Program-made: the position numbers and the translations under genes | In this document: positions 9,714 through 20,268 of the stretch, piece by piece | Layout: each line of letters begins with the position of its first letter | Position numbering within the stretch: position 1 is the stretch's first letter | Assembly (NCBI GenBank): GCA_963819215.1 | Contig: CAWFVK010000009.1 | Coordinates: forward strand, 17,267 to 81,266 | Origin: an uncultured Actinomycetota bacterium | GTDB lineage: Bacteria > Actinomycetota > Actinomycetes > Prado026 | Reading direction: 5' to 3' | Length of the DNA: 64,000 nt | Notes under the pieces: generated by a model | Told to the model about the DNA's origin: nothing | Seen by the model: the letters and a program-made list of their open reading frames with translations, nothing else | Databases searched by the model: none

Positions 9714-10714
9714 CAGCTACCGAGGGTTCGTCGCGCGAGGTCGTCGCTCGGGCCGAGGCCGCTGCGGCTGCGCGGGCGCTTCGGTGTCGACCCCGGTTCG
9801 GTCGAGCTCGTGCGGCTGGGCGTCAACGCGGTCTTCCGTGCTGAGCATGCCGAGCACGGCACGATCTACCTTCGCCTCACGGACCCCGCGTGGCGGTCGG
9901 CTGCCGTGCTCGGTGGCGAGCTGGACTGGCTGGATGCGCTCCAAGGTCCGGTCGGCTCCGGGTGCCGCGACCGCTCGCGACGGCTCGGCGACGGCAGCCG
10001 CGTGGTCGAGGGACCGACGACGCTTGCCTGCGCTTTCACCTCGGTGGCCGGGACGGCGCCGGACGAGGTGGGGCTCGAGGGCTGGCTCGGCTCGTTCGGG
10101 CTTCGGGTCGGTGCCGCCATCGGCGAGCTGCACGCCAGCGCACCAGCGCCCGGCACCGTCCTGCGTCCCAGCCTGGACCGAGGACTTCGCGCGCATCTGT
10201 GCCGCGATCGCCATGCACGATCCGGCGCTGGGCCCCGTCGCGTCGCCGCCGTCGAGGAGGCCGCGCTGCTGCCGGCGACCCGGGTGCTGCTGCACGACGA
10301 CATCTACGCGTCGAACCTGCTGGTCGACCGCACCGACCCCGCCGCGCCGCTCGGTCTCGTGGACTTCGACCAGGCCTGCTACGGCTTCTTCGCGCTCGAG
10401 CTCGTCGGCCCCTTCTACCCGCACTTCTTCTTCCCCGGCGTCGCCCTTGCGAGGCGCAGATGCCGCGGCAGCGAAGACCTTCCTCGACGTGCTGGTCGAG
10501 GGCATCGCCAGCCCGGACGACGATGCCCGCCGACGCGTTGTCGCTGCTGCCGGTCGCCTTGCTGCTGAAGGAGGTGCAGGTGTACAGCCTGCTGTGCGCC
10601 CACCCGGCCGACTGGGCGGTCGCGCTGGGTCTGCCCGTCGACGTGCTGGCCTCGGCCATCGCGGGCATGCGGTCGCGCATCGTGGCGGGCGAGCCGGTGT
10701 GGGACCCGCGATGA
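9710..10714 (+). pseudogene. phosphotransferase-family (APH/choline-kinase fold) protein, about 5 frameshifts
   Basis: The ATG overlaps the LacI stop (ATGA). Fragments lie in three frames: VRLGVNAVFRAEHAEHGTIYLRLT, WTEDFARICAAIAMHDPALG, VLLHDDIYASNLLVDRTDPAAPLGLVDFDQACYG (the kinase HxDxxxxN...D motifs) and LLLKEVQVYSLLCAHPADWAV...WDPR*. Confidence 0.75.
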
Positions 10715-10727
10715 GCGGGCTTCCCCG

Positions 10728-11425
10728 GTGCACGCCCCGGACGAGGAGGCGCTGGAGTCTGTGCGGCTCGCGGTGTACCGAGGCTTCGCTGCGGAGGGCG
10801 TGGCACCGTCGAGCGCCGCGCTCGCAGCAGGCGCCGGGCTGGACGGGCCGTCGGTCGCCGCTGCGCTGCGGGAGCTCGCGGTGCGCCGGCACCTCGTGCT
10901 CGACGCCGCGGGGGAGATCGTGCTCGCCCATCCGTTCTCGGCGGTGCCGCTGGGCTTCTCGGTCATGGGCGAGCGCACGTTGTGGTGGGGCGGGTGCGCG
11001 TGGGACTCCTTCGCGATCCCGCACCTGGTGCCCGGGGCTGGGCGCCCGGGGCAGCAACGCCGTGCTGGTGGCCACCCGTTGCCCGGCCTGCGGTGCGAGC
11101 GCATGCCTGGGACGTCGGCACGGCCGACGCCTCCGGAGGGCGACGCAGGTCGCGCACTTCCTGGTCCCGGCCGCGCGCATGTGGGACGACGTCGTCCACA
11201 CGTGCGGCAACCAGCGCATCTTCTGTCGACGAGGGCTGCGTCGATGCCTGGCTGGCACGTACCGGTCAGGCGCAAGGGGTACGTGATGACCCTCGAGACG
11301 CTGTGGAACCTTGCGGCGCACTGGTACGAGGGCCGCCTCGAGCGTGGCTACCAGCGCGGGAACCAGCACGCGCCGCCGAGTACCTCCGCGGCGTCGGCCT
11401 GCACGGCCCGTTCTGGGGCAGCTGA
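10728..11425 (+). pseudogene. alkylmercury (organomercurial) lyase MerB-like protein, 6 or more frameshifts
   Basis: Fragments: LRELAVRRHLVLDAAGEIVLAHPFSAVPLGFSVMGERTLWWGGCAWDSFAIPHLV (a MerB-like C..D active-site context), VAHFLVPAARMWDDVVHTCGNQRIFC, DEGCVDAWLARTGQAQG, YVMTLETLWNLAAHWYEGRLERGYQR and REPARAAEYLRGVGLHGPFWGS*. They are spread over all three frames. Confidence 0.65.
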
Positions 11426-11447
11426 TCCGAACCGGGGCCGGGCGGCG

Positions 11448-12480
11448 TCAGGCCGACTTGCGGTCCACCGCCTTCGCAGCGGGTGCCGCCTTCCCAGCTG
11501 GCGTGCCGCCTTCTTCGCGGCCGCGCTCTTCTTGGCTGGCGTGCTCTTCTTGGCTGCCGAAGCCTTCTTCGCGGAGGCCTTCTTCTGAGCCGGCTGCGGA
11601 CTTGGTGGCTGTGCTCGCAGGCTTCGCCGCAGCTGCCGTCTTCTTGGCAGGGGCGGTCTTGGATGCCCCATCCCCTCTCTGGTCGGGGAGGTCTGCGGCA
11701 CTCGGCGCACGGCCCGCCTTGGCTGCGGCGACGCTGGCGCGCAGCGCCTCCATCAGGTCCAGCACCTTGCCGGTGCTCCGGCTCGTCAGCGAGGGCCTCG
11801 ACCGGCTTGCCGCCTGCCTTCGCGTTGACCATCGTCAGCAGGGCGGCGCGGTAGTCGTCGTGGTACTCGTCCGGGTCGAAGTCGCTGCTCAGGGCGTCGA
11901 CGTAGGAGCTCGCCATCGCCAGCTCCTGCGGGCGCACCGTGACATCGTCGTCGATGCCCTTCAGCGCGGGCTCTCGGATCTCGTCCGGCCACAGCATGGT
12001 CTGCAGCACCAGCACGTCACCCTGGGCGCGCAAGGTGGCCAGCCGTTCGCGCTGGCGCATGGCGATCTTCACCACGGCGACCCGGCCGGCGTCGACGAGG
12101 GTGTCACGCAGCAGCGCGTAGGGCTTGCTGTCGGCGCTCGGCTCCGCGTAGTAGGCCTTGGACAGCGCGACCGGGTCGATCTGCTCGGCCGGCACGAAGG
12201 TCAGCACCTCGATGGCGCGCACGGTCGGGATGGGCAGCGTCGCGAAGTCTTCGTCCGTCAGCATCACGGTGTCGCCGTCGGGGCGCTCGTACCCCTTGGC
12301 GATGTCGGAGTAGGGGACCTCCTCGCCGTCGATCGAGCAGACGCGCTTGTAGCGGACGCGCCCACCGTCGGCCGCGTGCACCTGGTGGAAGCTGATGTCC
12401 TTCTCCTCGGTCGCGCTGTAGAGGCGGATCGGGATCGACACCAGCCCGAACGAGATCGAGCCTTTCCAGACACTGCGCAC
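11448..12480 (-). pseudogene. ku: Ku (NHEJ DNA end-binding protein) with a lysine/alanine-rich C-terminal tail; 3 frameshifts, all in the tail
   Basis: GTG at 12480, then RSVWKGSISFGLVSIPIRLYSATEEKDISFHQVH.. is the canonical bacterial Ku core, intact to about 11775. The tail continues in other frames: VLDLMEALRASVAAAKAG.., KKASAKKASAAKKSTPAKKSAAAKKAA and ..AAKAVDRKSA*. Confidence 0.85.
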
Positions 12481-12864
12481 GACGCCTCCAACCCCTCCGT
12501 CACCCCGGCCGCTCTCGATCATTCCCCACCGCGAGGCGCCCGACACGCCGTCGGGCTGACCAGCTCTGTCGAGTGGGTGATGTCACCGTGGGCTGGTCGG
12601 TACGGGCCGGCGAGCGACCGAGGGGAGCAGGGCGACATGACAGTGGCGATGGTGGCTGAGGTGCCGGTCGAGCTCGACCATCGAGCTCTGGCTCGCTGGT
12701 GAGGTGCGCTGGCTCTGGTGCGCGGACTGCTCGGCGGAGCACCTGTTCGAGCGGCCGCCGTGCGACGACGCCCACGTTGACGGGTGCCTCGAGTGGGTCT
12801 GCACCGGCTGCGGGGCGGCCCAGCTCTGGTAGGCCGCCCCGGCGCGTGTGCGTGGGTGGGGTGT

Positions 12865-14622
12865 CTAGAGGATCGTGACGAGGCCGGTGCTGCCGTTGAC
12901 CTCGATCAGCGCTCCGTCGGGGATGCGCAGCGTGGCGTCCTGCGCGGACACCACGCACGGCACCCCGAGCTCGCGGCTGATGATCACCGCGTGCGTGATG
13001 ACTGCCCCGACGTTGACGACCACCGCGGCCGCGGGGACGAACAGCGGGGTCCAGGCAGGGTCGGTCTGCGGCGCGACCAGGATGTCCCCCGGCTCGAACA
13101 GACCGGTCTCGAACGGGTCCGTCACGATGCGCGCGATGCCGCGGGCGATGCCGGGAGCACCTGGCGTGCCCTGGATGGTGTCGCCCGTGCCGAGCAGGCT
13201 TCGCCGAGGATGCCGTGTCCGCCCGCCGGGGCCACTCGGACAGCGGCAGCGGCTCGGTGAGGAAGAAGGGCGGGTCGAGCTCGTAGAGCGCCAGGTAAGC
13301 AGGGACGCGCGCCGCGATCTCGTCCTTGAACGACTCCGGGTTCGCGACGAAGGCGTCGAGCTCGCTCTCGAGGAGCATGGTGATGTCGTGGTGGTCGGTC
13401 AGGATGCCGCGCTCGACCATCCGGTGGCCGAGCTCGAACACGGCCACCCTCATCTCGTTGGCGATCCGGATGCAGGCGGTCTTGGTGCGCTCCGCGCCAT
13501 GGCATGAAGCGAGCCGTGGACGCCGCGCCGGCGAGGAACGCTGCGCGCTCGGCGGGATCGTCGAGGCGGCCTGCGAGCTCTGCGGTCAGTGCCTCGCGCT
13601 TGGCGATGTTCTCGTGCAGGATCCGGACCGGGTCGCGTGACTCGTCGCTGCGGCGCATCTGGTCGATGAGGGCCAGCGCCATCTCGGGCCTGGTCTCCCA
13701 GCTGTCGCTGCGGAGGTCCCACTCGTTCGGTGCGCGGGAGCCGAACTCGTAGGTGAACGTCTCGAACTTCTCGACGAACTGGCGGGCGGCGTCGTCATCG
13801 CTGGCCTGCAGCGTGGCGAGGACGTCCTGGATGGGTCCCTCGAACGCCTGGGTGACGACCGCGGAGCCGGCCGCGATCCGACCGAGCTCCCACATCGCGT
13901 AGGACGGCTTCGCCGAGTCGACGTCGCCGATGCCGCTGATCAGGCTGCCGAGCTGGTCGATCTCGCCGAGCTTCATCAGCAGCGGGGCCATGGTCGTGAT
14001 CCCGACCACGCTGAAGACCGTCGCCGGGCAGTGCCACTTGTAGGAGAACGCGAGGTCGCCGGTGAGCGACGCGCGCGCGGTCGACGAGCTCCTGGTCGCT
14101 GACCGAGGCGAGGTCCGGGCGGCTCTCGCGGTCGGCCTTGGCGCGGGCCTTGGCCTCCTCGACCTCAGGGAACGTGGTCGTCGTCAGCGCCCACTCGCCC
14201 TTCGCGATCAGGCGCTGGGTGATCTCCGGGTCCTCGTCCGAGTCCCGGTGCTCCTGCGGCGGGATGTCGTCGCGGTCGCCGATCCATGCCTGGTTCCACG
14301 TCTCGACGGTCATGCCCGGCATGCGGGCGCCGATGATCGCGGTGATCGGCAGGCCGATGTAGTGGTAGCCGCCGAAGAACCCGGCGCCCTCGGGCCACTC
14401 CTCGTCGATCTCGTCCGGGCGGTGCGTGCCCTGGCAGACGGGGTCGGTGTATCCCTCGCGGCGCCCGACCTCGACGCCGAGGTGCCAGACCAGGGTCGAG
14501 TTGAGCGGGCTGGAGGGATCAGGAAGGACCTCGCCGGCGTTCGCCCGCGTGTACTGCGGATAGCGCTCGCTGAAGGGCCAGTCGCTGATGTACCGGTCGT
14601 CGGGCACCGTTGTGCTCATCAA
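12865..14622 (-). pseudogene. PEP-utilising enzyme family protein with a swivel (mobile) phosphohistidine domain, about 4 frameshifts
   Basis: N-terminal ORF 13795..14622, middle ORF 13122..14009 (..FETFTYEFGSRAPNEWDLRSDSWETRPE..), ORF 12500..13453 (..LGHRMVERGILTDHHDITMLLESELDAF..), then ORF 12865..13125. The last encodes the mobile domain GDILVAPQTDPAWTPLFVPAAAVVVNVGAVITHAVIISRELGVPCVV. Confidence 0.75.
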
Positions 14623-14810
14623 GTCTCCTAGCCCGAAGCAGCGTCAATGGTCGGCGCCACCTGCGGGGTCGACGGCGCCGTCGAGGAGTGCACTGGCGTG
14701 CGAGCGTAGGTCGACCCGAAGATGAGGTAGCAAGAGTTTCTCAACAGTCATTGGTGTTGGGACTCAGTGGTGCTGGAGCTGGTGCTCCTGCCGGCCGTCG
14801 AGGGACCGGG

Positions 14811-15364
14811 TCAGGAGGTCGTGGTCGCGCTGGCGGAGGGGGTCGCGGAGGCTGACCCTGCCGCCTTGGGTGCAGGGATCCCGACGACGAGCGCGTTCGC
14901 GCCGTCGCCTGACTTCCCGCCGAGCACCCGGACCGTCTCGCCCGTCTTGAGGTCGCTGAGGCTGCCCTTCTTGCCCGCGTCCCGGACCCGGGTGGTGGAG
15001 CTCAAGGCCCAGGTGAGCGTGTAGCCGTCGGTGCTCTTGACGGTCATCGAGCTCGAGCTCAGCGCGGTCACGGTGCCTCGCTGCGCGTCGAACGTCTGCA
15101 CGCCCTTGCGCGTCTGGACGGTGAACTCGCCGTGCAGGGCCCGCCCTTCGAGCCTGCCCAGGCGGCCGAGCGCGCGCGGCGCGCTGGCCGCCGGCCTTCG
15201 CGTGCGTGGTGCTCGGCGCCGGCGAGGCAGTGGTTGCCGTCAGGGCGGTGCTCGATCCCGACGTTCTCGCTCGCGAGCGCGACCCCGGCGAAGGTTCCGA
15301 CGGCAAGCACGCCGGCGGCGCCCCAGGCACCGACCTTGACTGCCGTGCGTCCGCTGATGCTCAT
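14811..15364 (-). pseudogene. secreted hypothetical protein, 2 or more frameshifts
   Basis: A signal-peptide-like N-terminus MSISGRTAVKVGAWGAAGVLAVGTFAGVALA (ORF 15068..15364). A conserved-looking C-terminal beta-rich part VQTFDAQRGTVTALSSSSMTVKSTDGYTLTWALSSTTRV.. (ORF 14811..15101). The connecting segment reads sensibly only in the third frame. Confidence 0.5.
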
Positions 15365-15583
15365 GCTTCCTCCGTGTGTGTGGGGACGTCGCCCGGTCGT
15401 GGGTCCGCCCGGCGTCCAGCCGTGAGCGCCACCTCTAGTGTCGGCCCCGTCAGGTCGCGCTGCGGTTCAGCGAGTGTTCGGGTCAGGTAAGGGTCCACGG
15501 AGCCCGCCCGGCTGGCGCCGGACATAGGCTCTGGGTGCTCGCGGATGCCTGCTCGCGACCGGAAGATGACCCGAGGAGAACCG

Positions 15584-15925
15584 ATGGACGACCAGCGTGC
15601 CCGTGCCTTGCTCGACGCCGAGCGTGCCCGCGTCGAAGAGCTGCTCGCGCAGGTCGCGGCCTCCTCGACCGACGACCGCACCGGCGCGGAGGAGCCCGGC
15701 GACCAGGCCGACGGCGGCCAGCGGTTGACCGCCCAGGCCACGGACGGCCTGGTCTCGGACAGCCTCAGCGAGCGTCTCGCGGCGATCGAGCGCGCTGAGG
15801 CTCGGCTGGCCGCAGGCACCTACGGGCTGTCGGTGCGTACCGGAGCACCGATCCCGGAGGCACGGCTCGAAGCCGACCCGGCCGCCGAGCTCACGGTCGA
15901 GGAGGCCGGGGCCAGCGAGGCCTGA
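15584..15925 (+). CDS. DksA/TraR-family protein (cysteine-less zinc-finger-like C-terminus)
   Basis: The ATG at 15584 is preceded by GAGGAG. MDDQRARALLDAERARVEELL... AIERAEARLAAGTYGLSVRTGAPIPEARLEADPAAELTVEE matches the actinobacterial DksA/TraR-like pattern. Confidence 0.65.
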   Translation: MDDQRARALLDAERARVEELLAQVAASSTDDRTGAEEPGDQADGGQRLTAQATDGLVSDSLSERLAAIERAEARLAAGTYGLSVRTGAPIPEARLEADPAAELTVEEAGASEA

Positions 15926-15949
15926 GCGCCCCGCTGGTCGGCCCCGTCG

Positions 15950-17171
15950 CTAGGAGCCCGCGAGCCCGTAGACGTCCACGATGCGCGGATCCGTCTGCAC
16001 CGCGAGGTAGCCATCGCCGACGCTGAGCGCGCTGGCCTGCGCGCCCAGGATGGTGGTCGAGGACTGCGCCGTTGGACGCCAGGAGCGCGTCGCCGTCCGA
16101 GGTGTAGACGACGCCGTCCGCCACCGCCAGGATCGGCGGGTTCGAGCCGGTCGACGTCGACCACAGCGCTGCACCCGTCGCCCTGGTGCGGGCGCAGATC
16201 CCTGCCGCGCAGCTGACGTAGACGTTCTGCGCGTCGACGGCCAGCGCGTGCACCGCAGCGCCGGCGATCGAGTAGCGGGTGGCCCCCGAGGCGGGGTTGA
16301 GGTCCGCGACACCAGTGGCCGAGCGCGCGTACAGGTGGTGCGCGGTCGTGGCGTCGCTGTCGCCGGCCTCGGGGATCCAGGCGCCGGACTTCTGCCAGGA
16401 CACGACGCCGGTGGCCAGCGTCGCGGCGACCAGGCTGGGGTTCGAGCTGTCGTCCAGGTTGCACTTCGGGTAGATGACCTTGCCGTCGACCACGATGGCC
16501 TTGGCGCGCTCGGTCGTCGCCGGGCACGTGGTCCTCGACCAGACGGTCGCCCCGGTGCTCAGCGCGTGCACGGCCACGTAGGGATCGCTGGAGGCGGCAC
16601 CGCCGGACTCGGCCACGACGTAGGCACCGGAGATCACCAGGTCGTCCAGCGTGCCGCCGATGGGTGCACCGGCGGAATGCCACAGCTGGGCGCCGGTGGT
16701 CGCGTTGATCGCCCACATGTACCCGTTCGGGTCGCTCTGGGAGATGCAGTCGTGCGCGCCTACGACGATGGTGTTGCCCGACTTGGCGACCGACACGTAG
16801 ATGGACGTCGACGACGTGTCGAGCGGTGCATCCCACACCTGTGCGCCGGTGCTGAGCGTGAAGGCCTTGAGGTGGTCGGAGACCACCTCGTACAACCGGC
16901 CTCCGGCGATCACCGGTGCCGACGCGATCTGACCGCCTTCGCAGATGTCGTCAGGACCGCTCGGTCGGCTCAGCACGCTGCGGAGGTACTGGAGGGAGGC
17001 GACGTTCGAGGCGGACAGGGTGGTCTCGGCGGCGTTGGCCCGCGAGTGCGCGGCGTCCGCGTCGGACTGCGCCCACGGGGTGTCGCTGGCGGCCCAGGCC
17101 GTCGCGGCGCCGAGGAGGACCAGGCTGCTGACGGCGGCGACGACGGCTGTCCTACGGGTTCGAGCTCTCAT
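15950..17171 (-). CDS. PQQ-like beta-propeller repeat protein, secreted (1 frameshift near 16060 as sequenced)
   Basis: MRARTRRTAVVAAVSSLVLLGAATAWA signal sequence. Repeated ..GG.LY/..A.TGA.LW.. propeller blades follow. The last ~35 aa (STTILGAQASALSVGDGYLAVQTDPRIVDVYGLAGS*) lie in ORF 15950..16312. Confidence 0.75.
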
Positions 17172-17343
17172 GGCGGAATGCCCCCTTTTGTCCGGTGACC
17201 GGCGGACGAAAACGTAGTGAGCGGCGAGCGCTGCCGGATCACCCGTTCGGCCTAACGGTCTGCACCTTGGGACGACATCGGCCGGCCTGGTTGCGCCGCG
17301 CGTCGGCTTGGCTGGTCGACGCGGAGCCGACACCATGATCTGC

Positions 17344-17856
17344 ATGAGCCACCAACCCGCGCCGCAGTACGAGAACCCGGCCGAGAGCAAGCTCGACCGC
17401 ATCAACCAGACCGCCTACTGGTCCGGCTCGGTCGCGACGGCGGTCGTCGCCGGTCTGGCCGCAGTGCTCGCCGTGGTCGTGCTGAACAAGGTGCTCAAGA
17501 TCGCGCTGCTCACCCCGCCGCTCAGCGACAACCTCTCGGTCGGGTACGGCTTCACGGCGTTCCTCGCCGGGCTGATCGCCGCGATCCTGCTGATCGTGCT
17601 GCTGCTGTCCACGCCGGCACCGTTGGTCTTCTTCGGCTGGATCGTCGGCCTGGTCACGGTGACTGTCGCGGCGCTGGCGTTCTCCAAGCCGGGCTCGGTC
17701 AAGACGCACTGCGCGACCGCCGGCATCTGGCTGCTGGTCGGCCTCATCATCGGGACGACGCTGATCACCATCGCCGGCCGCACGGTTCGTCCCGCCGGCA
17801 CCGTCCCGCCTCTGCCGCCGGGCGCGCGGCCGTCCGGCACGCCGCCGATGATCTGA
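17344..17856 (+). CDS. hypothetical membrane protein (about 4 TM helices)
   Basis: MSHQPAPQYENPAESKLDRINQTAYWSG.. followed by four hydrophobic helices and a Pro-rich tail. The start choice (17344 versus 17308/17335) is uncertain. Confidence 0.55.
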   Translation: MSHQPAPQYENPAESKLDRINQTAYWSGSVATAVVAGLAAVLAVVVLNKVLKIALLTPPLSDNLSVGYGFTAFLAGLIAAILLIVLLLSTPAPLVFFGWIVGLVTVTVAALAFSKPGSVKTHCATAGIWLLVGLIIGTTLITIAGRTVRPAGTVPPLPPGARPSGTPPMI

Positions 17857-17860
17857 CTGC

Positions 17861-18472
17861 TCAGAGCCGCTTCGGCGCCCGGTTCGTCACGAGCTTCTCG
17901 ACGGGGCCGGTGAGCAGCAGCAGCAGGAGTGCCCACATCCCGGCCTTCGGGTTGATCAGGGAGACGACGAACGCGATGGCGAGCAGCGTCGAGGTGACCC
18001 ACCCGACCTTGCCCGCGATGCGCTCGTCCGCGCTCTCCGACTTGAGCAGCGCCGGGTGGTAGGCGAGCCAGGTGTGGGTCAGGCTCAACGACGCCGAGCT
18101 CGCCAGCAGCGTGCCGATGTAGAGGGCGGACACGCCCCGGCTCGACGCGTTCGAGAGCAGCTCGGTCGGGAAGGGCAGGAACACGATGGTGACGAGCCAC
18201 ACCAGGGTGAGCTGCATCAGCACCCTGTCGTAGCCGATGACCGGTTCGAACATCTGGTGGTGGACCATCCAGAGGCGACCGATCACCACGAAGCTCAGGA
18301 GGAACGAGCCGAGCAGGCCCAGGTTGTTGTTCAGCAGGGTGCCGAGGCTCTCGTGGGGGAGCTCGCTCGGCAGGTCCGCCAGCGGCAGGATCAGCAGCGT
18401 CATGGCGATCGCCACCACCGCATCGGCGAACGCCGTCAGCCGGTGGAGGCCTTCCGTGGTGTGCACCGGCAC
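17861..18472 (-). CDS. TMEM175/DUF1211-family potassium channel-like membrane protein
   Basis: 203 aa. The signature first helix reads RLTAFADAVVAIAMTLLILP (the RxxxFSD-type motif), and there are six hydrophobic helices. Confidence 0.75.
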   Translation of the reverse strand: MPVHTTEGLHRLTAFADAVVAIAMTLLILPLADLPSELPHESLGTLLNNNLGLLGSFLLSFVVIGRLWMVHHQMFEPVIGYDRVLMQLTLVWLVTIVFLPFPTELLSNASSRGVSALYIGTLLASSASLSLTHTWLAYHPALLKSESADERIAGKVGWVTSTLLAIAFVVSLINPKAGMWALLLLLLTGPVEKLVTNRAPKRL

Positions 18473-18520
18473 ATTCTGCCCGAACTTCAGCCTGAACTCA
18501 TCGGGCCCACCGGTTCGCGG

Positions 18521-19456
18521 TCAGCCCCCGGGTGGCCGCTGCCCGTCCTCGCGCTCACCCCAGTCCTGGCGCTTCGCCCAGTCGGCCAGCGTCTCCATCT
18601 CGATGGGGATGCGATCGAGCACCGGCCGCATGTCGACCTCGAACGGCGTGGTCGACGCGGTGTTGTTGTAGACGTAGAAGTCCTCGATGCTCTTGGCGAA
18701 GGCCTCCCGCCACTCGAGCGGGGTCTCGTCACCGAAAGCCGAGACGAGGTACTTCCCGAACTCGGCCGGCGTGCACGGGTCGTACGCGATGGGCCGGCCG
18801 AGAGCCTCGCTGAGGGCCTTGGCGACGTCGGGGCCCTGCAGCTGCTCGGGGCCGCCGATGTTCAGCCAGGCACCCTCGAGGTCCGGTCGGTCGAGAGCGG
18901 CGATCATGAACTTCGCGACGTCATCGAGGCTGATCCAGCTCGCCTTGAGGTTGGGATTGTGCGGGTAGACGAACCGGTCCTCGTTCATGATGAACGGGCG
19001 TGCCCAGTTGGTCAGCAGGTTGTCCATGAACAGCACGGAGCCGAAGGCTGTCGCCGGAACCCCGGTGCGCCACAACGCGTTCACGCCCTCGGTGTTGCTG
19101 GCGTAGGTGTACGGGTCGCCGGCCCGGTCGGGGATCCACTCGGAGGTGTTCCAGACCATCCGCTCGACGCCGGCAGCCTTCGCGGCCCGCCCGACGCGCG
19201 AGACGAGCTCGACCCGGCGATCACGCTGCAGCATCGGCTGCTGGTAGAAGACGCCGTGCGCACCCTCGACGGCCGCCTGGATCGAGGCTTCGTCCTCGAG
19301 GTCGGCCGAGACGATCTCGACGTCGGCGAGCTCGCCCTCGCCGAGCGGCTCCGGTGTGCGCGAGACCGCGAGCGGTCGATAGCCGGCCCGCTTGAGCTGG
19401 GTCACCTGGGCGAGGCCCTGGCGCCCTCGGGCGGCGAACACGACGACGGTCTTCAT
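18521..19456 (-). CDS. NmrA-family NAD(P)-binding protein
   Basis: MKTVVVFAARGRQGLAQV.. Rossmann N-terminus (start 19456 inside ORF 18521..19489), with NmrA-like length and layout. Confidence 0.75.
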   Translation of the reverse strand: MKTVVVFAARGRQGLAQVTQLKRAGYRPLAVSRTPEPLGEGELADVEIVSADLEDEASIQAAVEGAHGVFYQQPMLQRDRRVELVSRVGRAAKAAGVERMVWNTSEWIPDRAGDPYTYASNTEGVNALWRTGVPATAFGSVLFMDNLLTNWARPFIMNEDRFVYPHNPNLKASWISLDDVAKFMIAALDRPDLEGAWLNIGGPEQLQGPDVAKALSEALGRPIAYDPCTPAEFGKYLVSAFGDETPLEWREAFAKSIEDFYVYNNTASTTPFEVDMRPVLDRIPIEMETLADWAKRQDWGEREDGQRPPGG

Positions 19457-19653
19457 TGACTCACGCCCCACTTCTGATCGGCCGCTCAAGTGCAGGAACC
19501 CTATCGGCAGTCAGCCTCCCTCGCCTGGTCCCTGTCGCGTTTGCCACGAGCCGGTCTCAAGTAAGCCCCGGGCGCGTCACCAGGTGGGCAAGAATGCGGC
19601 TGGGCAACTGCGCGTGCGGGCAACGAGACCGGAGTCGACAGGAAGGGTGCCGG

Positions 19654-20268
19654 ATGAGCAGGGTCGTGGCCACGGTGAGCCTCTCGCTCGACGGGGTGAT
19701 GCAGGCGCCCGGCCGACGGGACGAGGACACCCGCGACGGGTTCACCCTCGGCGGCTGGGGCACCGCCTACGCCGACCAGACGGTGGGTGCGGCCATGGGA
19801 GCGGGAATCGCGAAGGCCGGGGGCCTGCTGTTCGGCCGGCGCACCTTCGAGGACTTCGCAGCCGTGTGGCCGGCCCGGACCGACAACCCGTACTCCGCCG
19901 TGCTGACGAGCTTCCCGAAGTACGTCGCGTCCAGGACGTTGACCCAGACCCCGAGCTGGGCCGGGAGCACGCTGCTGCACGGGGAAGCGGAGTCCTCGGT
20001 GGCCGAGCTGAAGCAGAAGGGCCAGCAGGACCTCGTCATCCTCGGGAGCGGGGAGCTCGTGCGGTCGCTGCTGGCTGCGGGGCTCGTCGACCGGTTCGTC
20101 CTGCTGATCCATCCGATCGTGCTCGGCTCGGGGCGCCGGTTGTTCGCGGACCGTGGGCCGCAGCGTGACTTCCAGCTGGTCGACACGCTGACCAGCGACA
20201 CCGGCGTCGTGGTCGCGACCTACGACGTTCACCAGGCGACGGTCAGCCCCTCGCGGCCGGTGCTCTAG
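19654..20268 (+). CDS. dihydrofolate reductase-like (RibD C-terminal domain) family protein
   Basis: The ATG at 19654 follows GGAAGGG. MSRVVATVSLSLDGVMQAPG....GGLLFGRRTFEDFAAVWP....DLVILGSGELVRSLLAAGLVDRFVLLIHPIVLGSGRRLF is the typical RibD_C pattern. Confidence 0.8.
   Translation: MSRVVATVSLSLDGVMQAPGRRDEDTRDGFTLGGWGTAYADQTVGAAMGAGIAKAGGLLFGRRTFEDFAAVWPARTDNPYSAVLTSFPKYVASRTLTQTPSWAGSTLLHGEAESSVAELKQKGQQDLVILGSGELVRSLLAAGLVDRFVLLIHPIVLGSGRRLFADRGPQRDFQLVDTLTSDTGVVVATYDVHQATVSPSRPVL

Noticed and set aside
8662-15364. The disrupted accessory block as a genomic island or integrated mobile element.
   Set aside because: No integrase, transposase, tRNA attachment site, flanking direct repeats or obvious compositional break is visible. 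Mobile origin is not supported by what I can see.
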